NCBI GenBank assembly: GCA_036676315.1
Contig: JAKFDB010000067.1
Span: 2,180-66,179, forward strand
Source of the DNA: Bradyrhizobiaceae bacterium
GTDB taxonomy: Bacteria; Pseudomonadota; Alphaproteobacteria; Rhizobiales; Beijerinckiaceae
Length of the DNA stretch: 64,000 bases
Direction: 5' to 3'
Part shown: piece by piece, positions 55,043 through 64,000 of the stretch
Layout of the letters: each line of letters opens with the position of its first letter
How positions within the stretch are numbered: position 1 is the stretch's first letter
Program-made: the position numbers and the translations under genes
Notes under the pieces: model-generated
Told to the model about the DNA's origin: nothing
The model's input: the letters and a program-made list of their open reading frames with translations, nothing else
Database searches by the model: none

Positions 55043-57865
55043 TCACTGGCCGAGCCTTTCGAGCAGGGCCGGGACATGGACCTGATCGGCCTTGTAGTTG
55101 CCGGTGAGCGCGTACATCACGAGGTTGACGCCGGCCCGCAGCGCCATTTCGCGCTGGCGCGGATCGCTGCCCGACATCGGCACCACCGCCTCGCCGCGCC
55201 GCCCCACGGCCCAGGCCGCGGCGAGGTCGTTCGAGGTGATGACGATCGGCGAGACGCTGTCGCCGGCCCGGGCCGGCCGCCGGCCGTCCTCGCCTGCAGG
55301 CGGCAGGATCTCGACCCAGGTCGTGCCGGTGTCGTAGCGGCCGACGAAGCCGTCGAGGATGTAGAAGGTCTTGGTCAGCACGTGGTCGCGCGGGATCGGC
55401 TCCAGCTCCGGGATGTCGAGGGTCTGCAGCATGCGGCGGAGCTGGTCGCCCTCGGGTGTGACGCCGCCGCCGGGACGCGCGCTCATCGCGTCGCGGGTAT
55501 CGAAGATCACGAGGCCGCCGCCCTTCATATAGGCTTCGAGCTTGCGCAGGGTCTCCGCCGAGGGGATCGGCCGGCCGGCGACGACCGGCCAGTACAGGAT
55601 CGGGAAGAAGGCGAGCTCGTCGCGGGCGGCATCGACGCCGACCGCTTCGCCGGGTTCGAGCGCAGTGCGGGCGCCGAGCACGATGTTGAGGCCGGCAAGA
55701 CCGGCCTTCGACATGTCGTCGACCGCCTTGTCGCCGGTGATGACATAGGCCAGCCGCGTCACCGCGCCGGCGGCGAAGAGCTCGCGCGGGATCGGCGGGC
55801 GCTGGTCGGGCGGCGCGGCGGGGACAGGGGCGGGCTGCGCCAGCAGAGGTTGGGGAGCGGCGAGCATGCCGAAGGCAAGCGCGACCAGGATCGCGACCGG
55901 CGCGGCCCGGCGCAGGCGCGCCAGATTGAGCCGGCCGCCGAGCCAGAGCGTCGCCAGCGTGTCGGCGACCAGCAGGACGAGTGCGAGCACCAGGAGCTGG
56001 GGCCTTATGTCCTTGGCCACCGGCTGGTCGACCGGCAGGAGCGGGGCGCCGAGTGCGGCGAGATCGAGCGTAGCGAGGCTGTCGGCCGGAGCGAGCGTGT
56101 TTACGGCCATGGTTCCGTCGCTGGGCCCATAGATGCCGGGCGGGTGGGCAAGGGTGGCGCGGCCGGTGAAGCTGCGCGGCACCGGTTGTGCCGTCACCGG
56201 CGGACTGCGGAAGGCGCCGAGCCCGTCGAGGACACGGGTCGGCGACAGGGTCTCGACCCGGGCGTCGCCGGCCTGCGGCTCCGCCGCATTGGTTCCCGAC
56301 AGGGCAACGATCTTGCGCAGCATTTCGACGAACAGGCCCGAGAGCGGCAGGTTCGACCAGGTCGTGTCGGCGGTGACGTGCATCATGGCCAGCATGCCGT
56401 CGCCGCGGCGCTCGCCGGTGACGACCGGGGTGCCGTCCTCCAGCGCCGCCCAGGTCTTGCGGGCGAGGTCGGCCTCGGGCTCGGCCAGGATCTGGCGGCT
56501 GACGCGGATGTCGTCGCTGATCTGCGTGCCGAAGAACGGGCTCTCGCGGCTGAACGGTGCGAGCTTGCGCGGCGTCTCCCAGGACAGGCCGCCGCCGAGC
56601 GTGCGGCCGCCGCGGCGCAGGCGCACCGGCGTCAGCTCGTCGGACGCCGCGGCGAGGCGCGCGCCTGCGAAGCGCAGCAGCACGCCGCCGCGCTCGATGA
56701 AGGCGTTGACCTTGTCGGCGGTGTCGCGATCGAGCGCGCCGATATCGGCCAGCACGAGCACCGAGAGGTTCTGCGCCAGCAATTCGCCGATCGGATCGGT
56801 CGAGCCCGGGCGCGGCTCGCGAATCTCGGCGAAGGGCGAAAGCGCGCGCGAGACGTAATAGGTCGGCGAGAGCAGGGGCTGGGCGGTGTCGGCCGTGGCG
56901 CCCGAGACGATGCCGACGCGGCGGCGCTTGGCGCGGTCGTCGAGCAGGGCGACGGCACCGGCGCTGCGCTCGCCGACGATCTCGAGCCGGGAGACGGCAT
57001 TGCGAACCTCGATCGGCAGCGTTAGCCGGGCCGTGGTCTGCAATTCCGTGGCGCCGAAGACGAAGGGCGCGTCGCCGAGCGGCAGGCCCTTGAGATCGAG
57101 TGCCCGGACCTGGCCGCTGGCGGCGGCATTCACGCTCGGACGCAGCACCTTGACGGTGAGCGCGCCGGCAAGGTTCTCGGCCGCGGTCAGCGCGAGCTGG
57201 TCGGCCGGGCTGGTGTGGATCGACAGGCGTCCGGCCGAGCCTTCCTGCCGCAGCCGGGCGAGGAAATCATCGTCGCCGCCGAGACCCAGCCCGTCGGCGA
57301 TCCAGACGGCTTCGGCCTGCGGCTGGGCGCGCCAGAAGGCTTCGAGCCGCTGCAGATGGGCGCCGCGATCGGGCGCATGCGGCTGCAGCGAGAAGGCGCG
57401 CAAACGTTCCAGCGCGGCGCGCGGCTCCGAAAGCGCGATCTCGGCTGGCGCCTCGGCGAGGCCGACCAGGGCGACGGCGCGGCCGTCACGGGCTGCGGCG
57501 GCGACCCGGTTCTCGGCGATGGCGAGGCGTTCCGTCCAATCGGTCGCGGCACCGAAGCCGTTATCGATCACCAGCAACATCGGGCCACGCAGGACTGCGG
57601 CGTCGCGCACCGGATTCCAGACCGGGCCGGCGACGGCCAGGATCGCCAGCGTCGCCACCGCCATGCGCAGCGCCAGCAGCCACCAAGGGGTGTGGGCCGG
57701 CATCTCGCGCTTGGCGACGAGGTCGCGCATGATCTTCAGCGGCGGAAAGTCGATCCGCCGCGGCCGCGGCGGCGTCACCCGCAGGATCAGCCAGAGCGCC
57801 GGAAGCAGGGCGAGCGCGATCAGGGCCAGCGGGGCGGAGAAGGCGATCGGCAGGGATGACAGCAT
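55043..57865 (-). CDS. BatA-domain / DUF4159 protein
   Basis: N-terminal [12 protein letters not shown]...FPP...LLALRM (BatA); C-terminal [10 protein letters not shown]...YMKGGG...[13 protein letters not shown]. Confidence 0.8.
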   Translation of the reverse strand: MLSSLPIAFSAPLALIALALLPALWLILRVTPPRPRRIDFPPLKIMRDLVAKREMPAHTPWWLLALRMAVATLAILAVAGPVWNPVRDAAVLRGPMLLVIDNGFGAATDWTERLAIAENRVAAAARDGRAVALVGLAEAPAEIALSEPRAALERLRAFSLQPHAPDRGAHLQRLEAFWRAQPQAEAVWIADGLGLGGDDDFLARLRQEGSAGRLSIHTSPADQLALTAAENLAGALTVKVLRPSVNAAASGQVRALDLKGLPLGDAPFVFGATELQTTARLTLPIEVRNAVSRLEIVGERSAGAVALLDDRAKRRRVGIVSGATADTAQPLLSPTYYVSRALSPFAEIREPRPGSTDPIGELLAQNLSVLVLADIGALDRDTADKVNAFIERGGVLLRFAGARLAAASDELTPVRLRRGGRTLGGGLSWETPRKLAPFSRESPFFGTQISDDIRVSRQILAEPEADLARKTWAALEDGTPVVTGERRGDGMLAMMHVTADTTWSNLPLSGLFVEMLRKIVALSGTNAAEPQAGDARVETLSPTRVLDGLGAFRSPPVTAQPVPRSFTGRATLAHPPGIYGPSDGTMAVNTLAPADSLATLDLAALGAPLLPVDQPVAKDIRPQLLVLALVLLVADTLATLWLGGRLNLARLRRAAPVAILVALAFGMLAAPQPLLAQPAPVPAAPPDQRPPIPRELFAAGAVTRLAYVITGDKAVDDMSKAGLAGLNIVLGARTALEPGEAVGVDAARDELAFFPILYWPVVAGRPIPSAETLRKLEAYMKGGGLVIFDTRDAMSARPGGGVTPEGDQLRRMLQTLDIPELEPIPRDHVLTKTFYILDGFVGRYDTGTTWVEILPPAGEDGRRPARAGDSVSPIVITSNDLAAAWAVGRRGEAVVPMSGSDPRQREMALRAGVNLVMYALTGNYKADQVHVPALLERLGQ

Positions 57866-57878
57866 CGTTCGCCCTCCC

Positions 57879-58793
57879 TCAGCCGCCGGGGCCGCGTGAG
57901 GCGGCGATCAGGCTGGCGATGCGGAGCACGCCCTCGCTGGCCGGGCGGTCGGTCCGGTGCAGGGTCAAGGTCCAGCCGGCATGGCGGCAGGCATCGCGAA
58001 CGGCGTCGCGATGTGCCTGCAGGCGCTGGCGATATTCCTCGCCCCAGGCACCGGCGTCGCCGACGCGCAGCGACAGGCCGTCCTCGAGGTCGAACAGTTC
58101 GGCCTGGCCGGAGAAGGGGAAGGTCTCCTCGATCGGGTCGGCGATCAGCAGGAGATGCCCCTTGGCGCCGCTGCTCGCCATGGTGGCGATGCGCCTCGCC
58201 AGGCCTTCGGCCGGGGTGAGCGCGTCGGTGATCAGGATGGCGTCGGCAAGGCGCGGCAGCGGCTGGTCCGGCGGCAGGTCGGCGTCGCCGCCATGCCGGT
58301 CGGCCAGGATCGCCTGCGCCAGCAATTCGACGATGCGGCGCGAGGCGAGCGCCCGGGTAAGGCCCATATGGCCGACGCGCTCGCCACCCTCGACCAGCGT
58401 CTCCGCCAGAGCGAAGCCGGCGATGAGGGCACGGTCGACCTTGCTGGCCAGCGCCAGCGAGGAGGAGAAACCCATCGATGCCGAGCGGTCGATCCACAGC
58501 CAGATGGCGTGCGAGGCCTCCCATTCGCGCTCGCGCACGAAAAGGTGGCCGTCTCTAGCCGAGCGGCGCCAGTCGATGCGCGAGGCGGCCTCGCCGGTGA
58601 CCAGCGGCCGGTACTGCCAGAAGGTCTCGCCAGGGCCGGAACGGCGGCGGCCATGGATGCCGTGCACGCTGGCCGAGACCCGGCGCGCCTCAAGCACCAG
58701 CCGCGGCAGGCGTGCGGCCAGATCGAGCGAAGCCTTGAGGACCGGCTGGGCCGGCTGGCGTTCGGCCGGCCCGAGGACGCGCGTACGCAGCAT
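57879..58793 (-). CDS. DUF58 (vWA-like) protein
   Basis: [26 protein letters not shown] and WIDRSASM. Confidence 0.9.
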   Translation of the reverse strand: MLRTRVLGPAERQPAQPVLKASLDLAARLPRLVLEARRVSASVHGIHGRRRSGPGETFWQYRPLVTGEAASRIDWRRSARDGHLFVREREWEASHAIWLWIDRSASMGFSSSLALASKVDRALIAGFALAETLVEGGERVGHMGLTRALASRRIVELLAQAILADRHGGDADLPPDQPLPRLADAILITDALTPAEGLARRIATMASSGAKGHLLLIADPIEETFPFSGQAELFDLEDGLSLRVGDAGAWGEEYRQRLQAHRDAVRDACRHAGWTLTLHRTDRPASEGVLRIASLIAASRGPGG

Positions 58794-58803
58794 CAGCTTT
58801 CCC

Positions 58804-59832
<1,029 letters not shown>

Positions 59833-60017
59833 GGCGATCTCCTTCAGCCTCGCCGCGGCGCGGCCATGACGTGTAATCCGGAACTGTGGGCCCGGGGCGG
59901 GACCGGCTCAAGGGGCCTCAGAGCCGCGGTGCACAACAGTGCGCTTCACGATTATGTAGAGTTCAAGGCGAGAAAGCGATGCAACCGGCATGCCGCAGAT
60001 GAGGAAACGGGTCACAG

Positions 60018-60599
60018 ATGAGTGAGACGGGGAGCGCCATGGACCGGCTGCTCAGCGCGCTGGGCAGTGGAAAAACGCGCGGCCTGCCGCCTGTAGAGCG
60101 CTGGAATCCACCTTTTTGCGGCGATCTCGACATGCGCATCGCCAGCGACGGAACCTGGTTCTATCTGGGGACGCCGATCGGCAGACCGGCGTTGGTCAAG
60201 CTCTTCTCCTCGGTGCTGTGGCGGGAAGGGCCCGATTACTTTCTCGTGACCCCGGTCGAAAAAGTCGGGATCAAGGTCGAGGATGCGCCGTTCCAGGCGG
60301 TCGAGATGGCGGTTTCGGAGGAGGGGGACGCACGCAGCATCGCCTTCAGGACGCAGGTCGACGATCTCGTGAATGTCGACGGCGAGCATCCGATTCGTTT
60401 CGAGCGCTCCGTCGGTGACGGAGTGAAACCCTATATCCATGTTCGGCGCGGCCTCTGGGCGCGGGTGACGCGGGCGCTGACCTACGATCTCCTGGCCCTC
60501 GGCGAAGTGCGCGAGGTCGATGGCGTGGCGCAGTTCGGCGTCGCCATCGCCGAGGCGTTCTACGTCGTCGCGCCGGCGAGCGAGATCGAGGGGCTGTGA
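60018..60599 (+). CDS. DUF1285 family protein
   Basis: [19 protein letters not shown]...GTWFY.GTPI.R...LVTPVEK. Confidence 0.85.
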   Translation: MSETGSAMDRLLSALGSGKTRGLPPVERWNPPFCGDLDMRIASDGTWFYLGTPIGRPALVKLFSSVLWREGPDYFLVTPVEKVGIKVEDAPFQAVEMAVSEEGDARSIAFRTQVDDLVNVDGEHPIRFERSVGDGVKPYIHVRRGLWARVTRALTYDLLALGEVREVDGVAQFGVAIAEAFYVVAPASEIEGL

Positions 60600-61276
60600 T
60601 GCCGGTTCCAGAGAGGCTGTCGGAAGCCGGGCAGGATTGGGATTTCGCCGACATCGCCCGTCTGCTAGCGGGGCGACTGCGCGAGACGCCGCCCGCCTAT
60701 GGCGACCTGATCGCCCGGCCGCGCGGCGACCACGACCTGCAGGAAGGACCGGCCGAGATTCCCGACGAGGCCAGCGCGATCGAAGCGGCGGTGCTGATCC
60801 CGATCGTGCTGCATCCCGCCGGGCCGACGGTGCTGCTGACGCAGCGGGCGACGGCGCTGCGCAATCATTCAGGGCAGATCGCCTTCCCCGGAGGCCGGGT
60901 GGATGCGGTCGACGGCTCGCCGCTGGTCGCGGCGCTGCGCGAGGCGGAGGAGGAGATCGGGCTGGCGCGCGAGCGGGTCCGGATCGTCGGCTATCTCGAC
61001 GCCTATCTCACCGGCACCGGCTATCGGGTTACGCCGGTGGTCGGGCTGGTCGAGCCGCCGCTGGAGCTGGTGATCAACCCGCACGAGGTCGACGACGCCT
61101 TCGAGACACCGCTCGCCTTCCTGATGGATCCGGCCAACCACCAGCGCCATGGCCGCGAATGGAAGGGGCGACATCGCACCTACTATGCGATGCCGCATGG
61201 CGATCGCTATATCTGGGGCGCAACGGCCGGGATGATCCGCAATCTCTACGAACGTCTCGCCGGCCGAAGCTTATGA
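60596..61276 (+). CDS. nudL: CoA pyrophosphatase (NudL/PCD1-like Nudix)
   Basis: AAVLIPI, HSGQIAFPGG, ALREAEEEIG and IWGATAGM. Confidence 0.85.
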   Translation: MMPVPERLSEAGQDWDFADIARLLAGRLRETPPAYGDLIARPRGDHDLQEGPAEIPDEASAIEAAVLIPIVLHPAGPTVLLTQRATALRNHSGQIAFPGGRVDAVDGSPLVAALREAEEEIGLARERVRIVGYLDAYLTGTGYRVTPVVGLVEPPLELVINPHEVDDAFETPLAFLMDPANHQRHGREWKGRHRTYYAMPHGDRYIWGATAGMIRNLYERLAGRSL

Positions 61277-61280
61277 GAAA

Positions 61281-61328
61281 AGCATGATGCTGCCCAAAAA
61301 CCGGAAGCCCGTTTTCGGCATCATGCTC
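61281..61328. repeat. Rhizobiales AGCATGATGC...GCATCATGCT short palindromic repeat
   Basis: Perfect 10-bp terminal inverted repeat with internal AAAAACCGG...GTTTTCG. Confidence 0.7.
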
Positions 61329-61348
61329 ATGGGGATAGGTCACGCCTA

Positions 61349-61615
61349 ATGCTGCGCACGCTGATCGAGGAGTTCCTGCTCTTCGTCCTGCCGTTCTGCC
61401 TGTTCGCGGGCTATCTCGTGCTGCGGCGGCGCAATCCGTTCGACGTCGAGCACTGGAGCGGCCACTTGTTCTGGCTCTCGGTGGTCGGGCTCGCGTTCGG
61501 CATCGCCTCCTTCATCTATGCCGGCATCGTCGCGCCGCGGCATCAGGGTGCCTTCGAGCCGCCGCATGTCGAAGGCGGCCGGCTGGTGCCAGGCCAGTTC
61601 AATGACAGGCCCTGA
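61349..61615 (+). CDS. Small membrane protein (DUF6111-like)
   Basis: Two TM segments and C-terminal PPHVEGGRLVPG; precedes cca. Confidence 0.72.
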   Translation: MLRTLIEEFLLFVLPFCLFAGYLVLRRRNPFDVEHWSGHLFWLSVVGLAFGIASFIYAGIVAPRHQGAFEPPHVEGGRLVPGQFNDRP

Positions 61616-62858
61616 GCACGGTCGGCTCGGCCCGCTGCTGGCGCGGCACGACATTGCGGCGCTGATGGCGGCGCTGAACCGCGACGGCGAGGAGGCGCGC
61701 ATCGTCGGCGGGGCCGTCCGCAACGCGCTGCTCGGCGAAGCGGTGGCGGACATCGATGTCGCGACGACCGCGCTGCCGCTGGAAACGGTGCGGCGGGCGA
61801 GGGCAGCCGGCTTCAAGCCGGTGCCGACCGGGATCGAGCACGGCACCATCACGGTCGTCGTCGCCGGCACGCCCTTCGAGGTGACGACGCTGCGGCGCGA
61901 TGTCGAGACCGATGGCCGCCATGCCGTCGTCGCCTTCGGTCGGGATTTCCGGCAGGACGCGCTGCGGCGTGATTTCACCATCAATGCACTCGGGCTCGAC
62001 GCGGCCGGGGCCCTGCACGACTATGCCGGAGGGCTGGGCGATCTTGCGGGCCGCCGGGTCCGCTTCATCGGCCAGGCGCGCGATCGCATCGCCGAGGATT
62101 ATCTGCGCATCCTGCGCTTCTTCCGCTTCCATGCCCGTTATGGCGCGGGCGAGCCGGACAAGGGGGCGCTCGAAGCCTGCACGGCCGGGCGGGCCGGGCT
62201 GGAGGGCCTGTCGCGCGAGCGGGTCAGGGCCGAGCTGCTGAAACTGCTCGTCGCACCGCGCGCCACCGCGACCCTGCGGGCGATGGCCGGGGCGGGGCTG
62301 TTGATGCCGGTTCTCGGCAGCGTGCCGCTGCTCTCGCGCTTCGCTGCGATCGCCGGCGATGGCGAGGAGGGTGGGGATCGTGTCCATCCGGCCTTCAGGC
62401 TGGCGGCTCTGACAGTGGCGACGCGGGAGGATGCGGCGCGACTGCGCGAGAGATTGCGCCTGTCGAACGCCGAGTTCGAGCGGATCGAGGCCATCGCGCT
62501 GGCGCTCGAGGCGCTATCGGGGCTGGAAGAGCTGCCCGGCCTTGCCGAACTGCGCGAGACGGCGCATCGCGTCGGGACGGATGCGGTCGCTGCCGGACTG
62601 GTGCTGCTGAATGCCGTCGCCGACAAGGCGCGGGCAGCGGAAGTGCGTGAGCTCATCGCCGGGCTCGGCCGCACGCCGCACTTTCTGCCGAGCGGCCGCG
62701 ATGTAATGGCGCTCGGCGCGGCGGCGGGGCCGCTGGTCGGCAAGGTGCTGGAGCAGGCGCGGCGCGACTGGATCGCGGCCGGCTGCCCGGCCGGGCGGGA
62801 TGAGCAGATGGCGCTGGTCGCGAGGGTGGCCGCCCTCGACGGGATTCCATCGGTATAA
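61602..62858 (+). CDS. cca: CCA tRNA nucleotidyltransferase / poly(A) polymerase family
   Basis: VGGAVRN, DIDVAT, TTLRRD, RRDFTINAL and EDYLRILRFFRF. Confidence 0.9.
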   Translation: MTGPEHGRLGPLLARHDIAALMAALNRDGEEARIVGGAVRNALLGEAVADIDVATTALPLETVRRARAAGFKPVPTGIEHGTITVVVAGTPFEVTTLRRDVETDGRHAVVAFGRDFRQDALRRDFTINALGLDAAGALHDYAGGLGDLAGRRVRFIGQARDRIAEDYLRILRFFRFHARYGAGEPDKGALEACTAGRAGLEGLSRERVRAELLKLLVAPRATATLRAMAGAGLLMPVLGSVPLLSRFAAIAGDGEEGGDRVHPAFRLAALTVATREDAARLRERLRLSNAEFERIEAIALALEALSGLEELPGLAELRETAHRVGTDAVAAGLVLLNAVADKARAAEVRELIAGLGRTPHFLPSGRDVMALGAAAGPLVGKVLEQARRDWIAAGCPAGRDEQMALVARVAALDGIPSV

Positions 62859-62867
62859 GCTCGGCCG

Positions 62868-62914
62868 GTCGTCCCGGGGGATCGGCGCCGCTGACGCGGC
62901 TTGTCCGGGACGAC
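62868..62914. repeat. Internally deleted derivative of the 45001-type repeat
   Basis: GTCGTCCCGGG joined directly to GGATCGGCGCCGCTGACGCGGCTTGTCCGGGACGAC. Confidence 0.75.
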
Positions 62915-62948
62915 CGGGCGTCGCGACGAAGAGTTCTGACGTCGGCCG

Positions 62949-63872
62949 CTACGGCCACCTCACCGTCGGCGGCAGCGAGGACAGGATCGAATCGACATTG
63001 CCGCCGGTCCGCAGCCCGAAGATCGTGCCGCGGTCATGCAGCAGGTTGAACTCGACATAGCGGCCGCGGCGGACCTGCTGCTCGTGCCGGTCGGCCTCGG
63101 ACCAGGGCGTGCCGAGATTGGCGCGCATGATCTTCGGATAGATGTCGAGGAAGGCCTCGCCGACGGCGCGGGTGAAGGCGAGGTCGGCCTCCGGCTCGCC
63201 GCTCCAGAGATAGTCGTAGAAGATGCCGCCGATGCCGCGCGGCTCGCCCCGGTGCTTGAGGAAGAAGTACTCGTCGCACCAGGCCTTGAAGCGCGCATAG
63301 TCGGCGACGCCGGCATGGGCCTCGCAAGGCGCCCGCATGGCGGCGTGGAAGGCCTGCGCATCCGGATCGCCCTGCTCGCGGCGGCGCACCAGCACCGGCG
63401 TCAGGTCGGCACCGCCGCCGAACCAGGGCTTCGTCGTCACGACGAAGCGGGTGTTCATGTGCACGGTCGGCGCGTGCGGGTTCCAGGGATGGGCGATCAG
63501 CGAGATGCCGGTGGCGTGGAAGCGGGGATCCTCGGCAGTACCCGGAATCTGGGCGGCGAATTCGGGCGCGAAGCTGCCATGCACGGTCGAGACATGGACG
63601 CCGACCTTCTCGAAGACGCGGCCGCTCATCAGCGACATCACGCCGCCGCCGCCGGCCGCGCCGTCATGGTTGCGGCGCTGCCAGGGCGTGCGCACGAAGC
63701 GGCCCGGCTTGTCGGCCTCGGGCGGGAAGGGGCCCGTGGCCTCGTCCTCGATTTGCTCGAAGGCGGCGCAGATGCGGTCGCGCAGGCTTTCGAACCAGGC
63801 GGCGGCGCGCGGTTTCAGCGCCTCGACGACGGCAGGATCGAAGCTGGGGTTCGGGGCTTCTTGCTTTTGCAT
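62949..63872 (-). CDS. hemF: Oxygen-dependent coproporphyrinogen III oxidase
   Basis: [32 protein letters not shown] and RGRYVEFNL. Confidence 0.97.
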   Translation of the reverse strand: MQKQEAPNPSFDPAVVEALKPRAAAWFESLRDRICAAFEQIEDEATGPFPPEADKPGRFVRTPWQRRNHDGAAGGGGVMSLMSGRVFEKVGVHVSTVHGSFAPEFAAQIPGTAEDPRFHATGISLIAHPWNPHAPTVHMNTRFVVTTKPWFGGGADLTPVLVRRREQGDPDAQAFHAAMRAPCEAHAGVADYARFKAWCDEYFFLKHRGEPRGIGGIFYDYLWSGEPEADLAFTRAVGEAFLDIYPKIMRANLGTPWSEADRHEQQVRRGRYVEFNLLHDRGTIFGLRTGGNVDSILSSLPPTVRWP

Positions 63873-63892
63873 GTCTTTCTCGTCCGAAGGCG

Positions 63893-64000
63893 TCAGCCCG
63901 CCGGGTCGGGATACCCGCCAAGCTGCCGCAAGGCCTCGCCCAGTACCAGTGCGGCGGCGATCGCGACATTGAGCGAACGCAAGCCCGGGCGCATCGGCAC
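63893..64000 (-). CDS. trmL: tRNA 2'-O-methyltransferase TrmL (SPOUT), C-terminal fragment only
   Basis: Manual translation [27 protein letters not shown] matches the SPOUT IPM...RSLN motif; upstream of hemF. Confidence 0.8.
   Translation of the reverse strand: MPMRPGLRSLNVAIAAALVLGEALRQLGGYPDPAG

Overview
GC-rich alphaproteobacterial chromosome segment (Hyphomicrobiales, Bosea-like by inference). It holds a fragmented flagellar cluster (fliF-fliG-fliH-fliN-flbD, flhA, fliJ, fliI), ctrA, a chpT-cheA-cheW-cheY-cheB-cheR operon and eipA. A metabolic/envelope region follows (ribA, YfhO-like GT-C, uup, glk, hyi, opgH-fkbM, and a dehydrogenase/PTPS-like/GT4/methyltransferase operon), then a MoxR-DUF58-BatA/DUF4159 cluster, nudL, cca, hemF and the 3' end of trmL. 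I saw no tRNA, rRNA, CRISPR array, transposase or prophage gene, but there are many short palindromic intergenic repeats of three families. Best leads: (1) two paralogous Tat-signal small proteins with a conserved LDxTxADFSQ leader and pure Arg/Tyr/Pro or Arg/Thr/Val repeat cores; (2) three exact GGAAC-N16-CGTT (EcfG/sigmaT general-stress type) promoters, in front of one of these peptides, ribA-yfhO and hyi-glk-acyltransferase; (3) an atypical PTPS operon with GT4, methyltransferase and dehydrogenase, back-to-back with an opgG-less opgH-fkbM-secreted protein operon, suggesting an uncharacterised GTP-derived glycoconjugate or envelope-modification pathway. All family calls come from motif recognition by eye; no database search was run.
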